Virus record (IMG/VR): IMGVR_UViG_3300012352_000396
Coordinates: 1 to 38,509 of that record
Length of the DNA stretch: 38,509 bases
Direction: 5' to 3' (one strand)
From: a virus
This document shows positions 1 through 5,429 of the stretch, piece by piece (within the stretch, counting starts at the first letter, position 1; every line of letters starts with the position of its first letter). Under the pieces are notes generated by a model. That model was given only the letters and a program-made list of their open reading frames with translations. It ran no database searches and had not been told where the DNA came from. The position numbers and the translations under genes are program-made.

Positions 1-54
1 GTCAGTTAATGGACGTTTAAACGCTATAGGTCAGTTAATGGACGTTTAAACGCT
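1..54. repeat. 29-bp tandem repeat, 1.9 copies (unit GTCAGTTAATGGACGTTTAAACGCTATAG); continuation of the array at 38225-38509
   Basis: Direct reading. nt 1-53 are identical to nt 38457-38509, so the window ends overlap (circular or terminally redundant contig). Confidence 0.95.
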
Positions 55-90
55 CAAAATTTTTTTTACCCATTTACCAGTGGAAGGGGT

Positions 91-161
91 TTTTTTACTT
101 TGCGTACTTTTTACACTAAGTCTGATCCATTTTTTACTTTGCGTACTTTTTACACTAAGTC
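91..161 (+). repeat. 32-bp perfect direct repeat x2 (TTTTTTACTTTGCGTACTTTTTACACTAAGTC), 39-bp period
   Basis: Copies at 91-122 and 130-161 read directly. Each contains the TTTGCGTA core also seen in the promoter-like blocks at 13420-13434 (as TTTGCATA), at 14867-14881 and at 36742-36749. Confidence 0.9.
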
Positions 162-211
162 ATTTGACTGTCAACTGGTTTTTTATAATTTTTTCAGCAT
201 GGCAAAAAAAC

Positions 212-285
212 CCCGTAAAAAACCCCAAAAAACTCCCGTAAAAAACCCCAAAAAACTCCCGTAAAAAAACCCCAAAAAAAAACCT
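212..285 (+). repeat. 23-bp tandem repeat x~3 (CCCGTAAAAAACCCCAAAAAACT) forming phased A-tracts
   Basis: Copies at 212-234, 235-257 and a degenerate copy at 258-285. A6-A9 tracts recur every ~10-13 bp, and the plus strand here is almost only C and A. Confidence 0.9.
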
Positions 286-292
286 TAAAATA

Positions 293-322
293 TTGTTTAT
301 GTTAATTTATGGGTTATATTTG
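293..322 (+). promoter_or_regulatory. Candidate Bacteroidota-type promoter for the early operon (-33 TTG 293-295, -7 TATATTTG 315-322)
   Basis: TAnnTTTG box lies 24 nt upstream of the ATG at 346, with a TTG 19 nt upstream of the box. Motif match only. Confidence 0.4.
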
Positions 323-345
323 TATAAATTATAAACACTTACAAC

Positions 346-678
346 ATGAAAAAAGCATTTTTTACAATTGGTGATATTGATGAAAAGTTCGAAGGTATTA
401 CTTCCGGTCAGCGTTGGAATGGGTGGGAGTGTCCGTATTTTGACATTGAAACAGCGCAAAAAATCCTCAGCACTTTGCAGGATGTTGAGGAAGCTAAAAA
501 ATGGGGATTTAGTTATTATATTTTTACTCCTGACAATTTATGTATACAAGAATTTCACGAAGATGGGATAGAAACGTATACAGCTGTAAATTTTGAGGGT
601 AAAAATTACTTTCCTATCGGATATTGTAATTGGGTATGGGAGTTGGCAAGGGAAGAAGAAGAAGAAGAAGAAGGTTAA
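346..678 (+). CDS. Hypothetical early protein, 110 aa, acidic poly-Glu C-terminus
   Basis: ATG-initiated ORF. The stop TAA (676-678) lies inside stem I of the first hammerhead motif. No family recognised. Confidence 0.7.
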   Translation: MKKAFFTIGDIDEKFEGITSGQRWNGWECPYFDIETAQKILSTLQDVEEAKKWGFSYYIFTPDNLCIQEFHEDGIETYTAVNFEGKNYFPIGYCNWVWELAREEEEEEEG

Positions 679-728
679 CTGACGAGGCTTAAATTAGCCG
701 AAACGGGGCAAAAAACCCCGTATTAACC
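673..728 (+). ncRNA. Hammerhead ribozyme motif, type I (copy 1); predicted cleavage after A722
   Basis: GGTTAA / CTGACGA / GGCT-TAAATT-AGCC / GAA / ACGGGG-CAAAAAA-CCCCGT / A / TTAACC. All invariant core positions are present, with a 6-bp stem I, 4-bp stem II and 6-bp stem III. Confidence 0.8.
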
Positions 729-744
729 AAAAAACTTTTATTTT

Positions 745-840
745 ATGACTAAGAAAGACAAAAACTTGCTTTTAATTGTGCTGCTTATTGCAGCCTTTGC
801 GCTGACCATTTCCGGCAATTCATCACCTGAGTGGTGGTAA
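745..840 (+). CDS. Small hydrophobic protein, 31 aa (MTKKDKNLLLIVLLIAAFALTISGNSSPEWW)
   Basis: Hand-translated; below the ORF-track cutoff. ATG lies 22 nt after the predicted ribozyme cleavage site, the stop abuts the next ribozyme, and there is one TM-like segment. Confidence 0.5.
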   Translation: MTKKDKNLLLIVLLIAAFALTISGNSSPEWW

Positions 841-895
841 GGTTAACTGATGAGGCTTGAATAGCCGAAACGGGGCAAAAAACCCCGTATTAACC
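841..895 (+). ncRNA. Hammerhead ribozyme motif, type I (copy 2); predicted cleavage after A889
   Basis: GGTTAA / CTGATGA / GGCT-TGAAT-AGCC / GAA / ACGGGG-CAAAAAA-CCCCGT / A / TTAACC. Confidence 0.8.
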
Positions 896-911
896 AATAA
901 AAAATTAAATT

Positions 912-1205
912 ATGATTACTCAGGAAATGTTTTTGAATGCTGAATTAAGCCAAATATCACAAGTTTACTACGGCAAAGATAGATGTTGCCGCTGTGGCTG
1001 TAAAGGTGTTTATACAAGCACAAGTTTTAATAATTGCCCTTCAAGCTTTGCAGTTATAAATGATTCCCTTGTATTAAAACGATTAAAAAAGGCTAAAAAT
1101 ATCGTTTTAAAAGGCGGTGATGTTGATTACGGCACAAGTTATGTAAACATAGTTACAGGTAAAGATTTGGCACTATGCTTTTATTTTGTTGATGTAAAAG
1201 GTTAG
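912..1205 (+). CDS. Hypothetical early protein, 97 aa, Cys cluster (CCRCGCKG)
   Basis: ATG ORF. The stop TAG (1203-1205) lies inside stem I of hammerhead copy 3. Confidence 0.7.
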   Translation: MITQEMFLNAELSQISQVYYGKDRCCRCGCKGVYTSTSFNNCPSSFAVINDSLVLKRLKKAKNIVLKGGDVDYGTSYVNIVTGKDLALCFYFVDVKG

Positions 1206-1256
1206 CTGATGAGGCTTAAATAGCCGAAACGGGGGTCAAAAAACCCCGTCTTAACC
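1200..1256 (+). ncRNA. Hammerhead ribozyme motif, type I (copy 3); predicted cleavage after C1250 (GUC triplet)
   Basis: GGTTAG / CTGATGA / GGCT-TAAAT-AGCC / GAA / ACGGGG-GTCAAAAAA-CCCCGT / C / TTAACC. The innermost stem I pair becomes G-U. Confidence 0.8.
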
Positions 1257-1270
1257 AAAAAAATATTATT

Positions 1271-1522
1271 ATGAAATTGTATTGCTTAAAAGATGTAGAA
1301 GAAGCCGTAATTGTAAAAGGTGCAAAATTGCATAAGTTTTACGGGGCTATGAATGCTCATTGGGAACTTGAATACCCTGATGGATCTAAATATTCAAAAA
1401 TTAGGAAGGGAACTGGTCAAAAGTTTTTTTCTAAGTATAGACAAAAGCTAATTATATGCAATTCAGGAGTTTCTATATCTCTATTCACTACTAAATCATT
1501 CAGGTTAACTGACGAGGCTTAA
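1271..1522 (+). CDS. Hypothetical early protein, 83 aa
   Basis: ATG ORF. It reads through stem I and the CUGAYGA core of hammerhead copy 4, and its stop TAA lies in loop II. Confidence 0.65.
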   Translation: MKLYCLKDVEEAVIVKGAKLHKFYGAMNAHWELEYPDGSKYSKIRKGTGQKFFSKYRQKLIICNSGVSISLFTTKSFRLTDEA

Positions 1523-1558
1523 TTAGCCGAAAGCAGGACAAAAATCCTGCTATTAACC
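1503..1558 (+). ncRNA. Hammerhead ribozyme motif, type I (copy 4); predicted cleavage after A1552
   Basis: GGTTAA / CTGACGA / GGCT-TAATT-AGCC / GAA / AGCAGGA-CAAAAA-TCCTGCT / A / TTAACC. Stem III is fully rewritten with compensatory changes. Confidence 0.8.
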
Positions 1559-1574
1559 AAAAAACTATTATTAT

Positions 1575-1751
1575 ATGTTTAAGTCTTATCAAATCACTAT
1601 TGGCAACCATTCACGTATGATTATGGGTTTAGATTTAAAAGATGCTATTAAGACAGCTTCATGGATCAAAAAATGGAATAACTACAAGGGTAAAACAACT
1701 GTAAAGTACTTAACTCCAAATCAAGTTTTTGATATATTAAAAAGCCTTTAG
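1575..1751 (+). CDS. Hypothetical early protein, 58 aa (MFKSYQITIGNHSRMIMGLDLKDAIKTASWIKKWNNYKGKTTVKYLTPNQVFDILKSL)
   Basis: Hand-translated; below the track cutoff. ATG lies 22 nt after the predicted cleavage site of copy 4. Confidence 0.55.
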   Translation: MFKSYQITIGNHSRMIMGLDLKDAIKTASWIKKWNNYKGKTTVKYLTPNQVFDILKSL

Positions 1752-1767
1752 TCAGCAAAAAACTCCT

Positions 1768-1800
1768 ATAATAACTCTACCATCCTGGTAGGGTTATTAT
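1768..1800 (+). terminator. Hairpin ending the rightward early operon
   Basis: ATAATAACTCTACC / ATCCT / GGTAGGGTTATTAT, a 14-bp stem with one mismatch, followed by A/T-rich sequence. Confidence 0.5.
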
Positions 1801-1840
1801 ATTATAGATTTTATCTATACTATATATCAATTATAATTAT

Positions 1841-2023
1841 ATGGCCAACAAAAGCAATAAGATAGCAAAAAACTCCTTCCTGGTCAACAGATACCTGACT
1901 GTCCAAATGTTGGAGTCGAGGATGAGCCACCAAGCAATCTTGCAGGTCTGCCGGATCAGGTTCGCTCAAGACCCAAATCCATTCCACCTGGTCAGACAAA
2001 AACTCAGGCAAAAAACCTGCTAA
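1841..2023 (+). CDS. Questionable 60-aa ORF (an overlapping 63-aa ORF on the minus strand is equally open)
   Basis: ATG lies 4 nt after the 15-mer TATATCAATTATAAT. The region is locally GC-richer and no family is recognised. Coding status is uncertain. Confidence 0.3.
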   Translation: MANKSNKIAKNSFLVNRYLTVQMLESRMSHQAILQVCRIRFAQDPNPFHLVRQKLRQKTC

Positions 2024-2091
2024 AAATCAACGGCAAAAATCTTCCCAATCTTCCCAATTTTCCCAAAAGCAAATGGGGGCAAAAAACCCCC
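2005..2091. terminator. Two G/C stem hairpins with CAAAAAA loops (2005-2019, 2075-2091) flanking a 9-mer x3 repeat (AATCTTCCC, 2038-2064)
   Basis: CAGG-CAAAAAA-CCTG and GGGGG-CAAAAAA-CCCCC lie at the convergence point of the plus and minus transcription units. On the minus strand the second hairpin is followed by T-rich ATTTGCTTTTGG. Confidence 0.4.
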
Positions 2092-2214
2092 AAAAACCTG
2101 CAAAAAACCTCCGGTACACGATAACGCCATTTTACCCGTTTCTCTTACCTCCCCCCCCTACACTTTTTGTTATTATTTTCACGAAAAATAAAAAAAGGGG
2201 AAAAAATCGCGTCC

Positions 2215-2278
2215 ATCACGTACCGGCATTGATTATCAACGTTTTAATCACGTACCAATCACGTACCAATCACGTACC
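2215..2278. repeat. Iteron-like repeats: AATCACGTACC x3 in tandem (2246-2278) plus ATCACGTACC at 2215-2224
   Basis: Read directly. They lie 28 nt downstream of the stop of the primase/helicase gene. A related GCGTACC occurs at 2292-2298. Confidence 0.85.
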
Positions 2279-2305
2279 AAGGCTCAAAATGGCGTACCCA
2301 AACAC

Positions 2306-4813
2306 CTAAAAATCTATGTCCACTTTTTGGTTAGTGCCAAAACTGACAACTTTCTTGTTCCCAAACTGCTTGGATCGTGTACCTGAGTACGTGATTCCTA
2401 AAATAGTACACGATTCTTCCAAGGCTTTTGAGAACCTTTTTATAGAGTAATCTTTCTTGTCAAAATTGCTCTGAGACAAAAAATCGTTGTATAGTTGTTC
2501 AAGTTTTACCGGATAGTCTTTATGCTCCTCAGATGCCGTGAAAATGAAGTCCAAAAATTCTTCTCCATATTGAACACGAATCTGTTTGCGACCGAGTTTT
2601 TCACTATTTTCTACCGACTTAACTCCAAACTCCAAATAGGTTTGTACGCAAGTAAACATGAGGTTAAAAAAGCGATTCCACTCGTCCAAATCCCAATCAT
2701 CGAATAGCTTATGACCAAACTCGTCTTCTGGGGAGTGCTGAGGTGAAAAATATGGGGAGAATTCAAAAACTTTTTGTCTCCTCTTTGCGTGGTTGCCGGA
2801 ATTCGGGATGGTGTAGTTGGTGGTGAAGATGACTTTTGGGGAGTCTTTGAATGGGATGAAAAGTTCGTCTTTGTTCTTCTTCTCAACCGTGATTCCTTCC
2901 GTTATAATGCTATAAAAACCTTCAAAGTCAACGTTCCGTCTCGTATCCTCAATCGCAAGGATTTTGGTGTCCAAATCGACTCTTTGGAAGGCGAAATTCT
3001 TGTCAACCTTGAAGTTCTTACCATCAACCCGAACAAGGTTGTTCAAAAAACCCAATGCCTTCACGAAGATTCCTTTACCAGTTCCTCCACCGGAGGCTTC
3101 GTTCTCCGTCTCTTCTGCGAGAATAACGGAGAATGGTCTTGATGGGTCTTTGTATTTGTGCAGTAGGTATCCAACCAATGTCAAGCCGTAAATCGTACGA
3201 TCCATGTTCTTATCACTCACAAGGTGGATGAAACGATAGTATTCAATCATTTCAGCCTCTAATTTATCTTGGTCGATATAAATGTGGTGGTCGATGACTT
3301 GAGTCTTCCAAACGTACTTATTGAGGTCGCCATATGTTCTAAGGCGAATATAGTCCTTTTTAACCTCTACAACGCCATTTTTGAATGGGAAGTAAGCGAG
3401 GTCGCTTTTGTCTTCCAAGAAGTCGATATTTGCCCTATCGAAGAACTCAAAGAAGGCATCTGAGAATAGGGTGGTTGCACCTTTGTAAATTAATTCAAGA
3501 AGGTCTTGAGGTGTCACGCCACCATCAAATGAGTCAGGTAGCTTATCAACGTACTCTTTTATGAAGCGTTTTATCTGCTCCGTTGAACTCTCCTCTACGA
3601 ATCCATCTTGAATCCTAACGAGTCTATAAATGGTGGAATTCGGATCATAAAAATATAGCCTAAAGCCTCCGATTTGGGTAAGGAAGACCTGCAACTTATA
3701 ACGATTGATAGTAGGTAGACCTTTCTTATCAATGTCCCAAAATGTACAGATTTCCTTACCCCATCTTTGCTCCAGTTCTCCTACGACCTCAGTAGCATCG
3801 GATATGCTCTTTTTTTGTGTCTGCACAAGGTATTGGACTAAGTCCTCGCTTGATGCTCCATTTTGCTTCTTGGAGAAGAGTTGGCGTTCCAATTTCTCTC
3901 CGAAGGAAGTTTTTTTTTCCCCATAACCAATGTCAAGCAATGCCCTTGCCGCTGCTTTGAAGTCCCCATTATGCTCAAGGATAGCATACACGGCAGCAGG
4001 TTTGTATCCTTTCTGTACCATGAATGGAGTGTTGACTGAGAACACGCTAAAAAGCCTCATGGACTTATTGAATGATCCACTATGGTCAGCCTTGCTTCCA
4101 GGTCTAAGGTAATAAGTTCGTTCACTATTCTCCTTAACTATAGTCCAACCTTGGCGCAGGAGGATGTCGCTTATGTCGCCACGATTATTGAAGTCATCAA
4201 ATGGTGATACCCCGTAATCTTTTGACGTTGGGCGTTGGAACGCTTCCACAACTTGCTCCTCAACTATCTCATTAAATGAGCGCATAATCTCAAATAAGGT
4301 CTCACGCTCGTCTATTGTGATGATGTTGATACCTTTTTGAATGACTTTGTAGCCATCACTTGGAGGTGCGACAACATAACCACCCTCACCACGGGTCTCA
4401 ATGATGCAATATGATTTAATGTGTGGCGTAGCTTGAGCCTCCTCCTTTGTTGGAGGTCGTTGAGCGAGTTTAAGGTTTTGCTCAATCACTTCGCACTTGT
4501 AGTAAAGGTGTTTGCCATTACTCTTTGTGGAAACGATATGGAGTTTGTCGTACAGTTCTTGAGGGATTTTATTTTTGATAGCATCCCAAAGGTCAAATGT
4601 CTCGTATTTGGTGTCTATGTCAATTACTTCCAAGCCACCGGATATAGATCCACAAATGATGGCAATGCCTTTGGCTCGTTCGTCTTTCATTTGAAGAGAC
4701 AATTCCTCTTTTGTAATCTTCTCGCTCTGGTATTTCTTCCAAGGGAAGATGGCTTGTTTTTTGTCGTTAACTGCGATGGCATTAACGCCATAGTCTAAGT
4801 ACTTTAAATGCAT
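2306..4813 (-). CDS. Bifunctional primase-polymerase (prim-pol N-terminus) fused to a D5/P4-type SF3 helicase
   Basis: 835 aa. N-terminus: GIAIICG..LEVIDID, HLYY, ETRGEGGYVVAPPS (prim-pol signature). C-terminus: Walker A SGGGTGKG, then a D5_N/P4-primase-like region. Confidence 0.85.
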   Translation of the reverse strand: MHLKYLDYGVNAIAVNDKKQAIFPWKKYQSEKITKEELSLQMKDERAKGIAIICGSISGGLEVIDIDTKYETFDLWDAIKNKIPQELYDKLHIVSTKSNGKHLYYKCEVIEQNLKLAQRPPTKEEAQATPHIKSYCIIETRGEGGYVVAPPSDGYKVIQKGINIITIDERETLFEIMRSFNEIVEEQVVEAFQRPTSKDYGVSPFDDFNNRGDISDILLRQGWTIVKENSERTYYLRPGSKADHSGSFNKSMRLFSVFSVNTPFMVQKGYKPAAVYAILEHNGDFKAAARALLDIGYGEKKTSFGEKLERQLFSKKQNGASSEDLVQYLVQTQKKSISDATEVVGELEQRWGKEICTFWDIDKKGLPTINRYKLQVFLTQIGGFRLYFYDPNSTIYRLVRIQDGFVEESSTEQIKRFIKEYVDKLPDSFDGGVTPQDLLELIYKGATTLFSDAFFEFFDRANIDFLEDKSDLAYFPFKNGVVEVKKDYIRLRTYGDLNKYVWKTQVIDHHIYIDQDKLEAEMIEYYRFIHLVSDKNMDRTIYGLTLVGYLLHKYKDPSRPFSVILAEETENEASGGGTGKGIFVKALGFLNNLVRVDGKNFKVDKNFAFQRVDLDTKILAIEDTRRNVDFEGFYSIITEGITVEKKNKDELFIPFKDSPKVIFTTNYTIPNSGNHAKRRQKVFEFSPYFSPQHSPEDEFGHKLFDDWDLDEWNRFFNLMFTCVQTYLEFGVKSVENSEKLGRKQIRVQYGEEFLDFIFTASEEHKDYPVKLEQLYNDFLSQSNFDKKDYSIKRFSKALEESCTILGITYSGTRSKQFGNKKVVSFGTNQKVDIDF

Positions 4814-4824
4814 GGTGTAGTTTT

Positions 4825-5154
4825 TTAATATTCTTGAGCCATTTTATCGGTAATCATTTTGATGTTGATGTTTATGCCTTTGTACCAAACCACCACTAAA
4901 GGTCGACCATACTTATCAAGTGATTTTGAGTCGATTGTACATTCCACATTAAGTGGTGATGGGAGTCCAAGGAGCATTTGCAGGTGCGCTTTTGAATACT
5001 GACCCTGCTCGTATGTTTCTCCTTTAATCTCTGGAGCGTTTATCCCTGCCAACCGGCAATTAGTCTGCAATGACATATTGAATCCAAGGTCTATTGTTAT
5101 GTTCAAAGTATCACCATCTATAACCCTATTTATCTTTGCTTTGTAGTTATACAT
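4825..5154 (-). CDS. Staphylococcal-nuclease-like (thermonuclease family) protein
   Basis: VIDGDT...CRLAGINAPE...DKYGRPLV pattern typical of the SNase fold. ATG at 5154 is preferred over the TTG at 5160 used by the ORF track. Confidence 0.65.
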   Translation of the reverse strand: MYNYKAKINRVIDGDTLNITIDLGFNMSLQTNCRLAGINAPEIKGETYEQGQYSKAHLQMLLGLPSPLNVECTIDSKSLDKYGRPLVVVWYKGININIKMITDKMAQEY

Positions 5155-5156
5155 AA

Positions 5157-5429
5157 TCAAATTGTTTTATAGCAATAAACGTCAATGTCTTCAATGCAGT
5201 CAACATACCTTGCATGGATGCCAACTTTATTAAGCGTTTCAATCCTTTGCACTTGTAGAGGCTTAGGAGTCTCACCTTCGGCTTTTACCTCAAGCATGAT
5301 GGTGTTACCCTTACGAAAGCAAAGAAGGTCAGGAACGCCATTCCAATTCGTTTGGATCAGCTTTATTACAAGCCACCCATGTTGCTCAAGCTTCTTTTTG
5401 ATTTTTGTCTGAAGTTGCGATTCTTTCAT
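5157..5429 (-). CDS. VRR-NUC / PD-(D/E)XK nuclease domain protein
   Basis: 90 aa. GVPDLL...LEVK motif arrangement, as in VRR-NUC Holliday-junction-resolvase-like nucleases. Confidence 0.6.
   Translation of the reverse strand: MKESQLQTKIKKKLEQHGWLVIKLIQTNWNGVPDLLCFRKGNTIMLEVKAEGETPKPLQVQRIETLNKVGIHARYVDCIEDIDVYCYKTI

Noticed and set aside
164-190. Sigma-70-like promoter TTGACT ... TATAAT
   Set aside because: The spacer is only 14 nt by my count. The other promoter-like elements in the genome follow the Bacteroidota TAnnTTTG pattern, so this is not supported.
2005-2091. Additional hammerhead copies, suggested by hairpins with the same G/C stem and CAAAAAA loop as hammerhead stem III
   Set aside because: No CUGANGA core, no GAAA junction and no stem I/II partners flank them, so they are simple hairpins.
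2073-2309. 78-aa plus-strand ORF
   Set aside because: The translation is proline- and lysine-rich and low-complexity. It is generated by the A-tract, C-run and iteron repeats, has no plausible start context, and overlaps the putative origin region.
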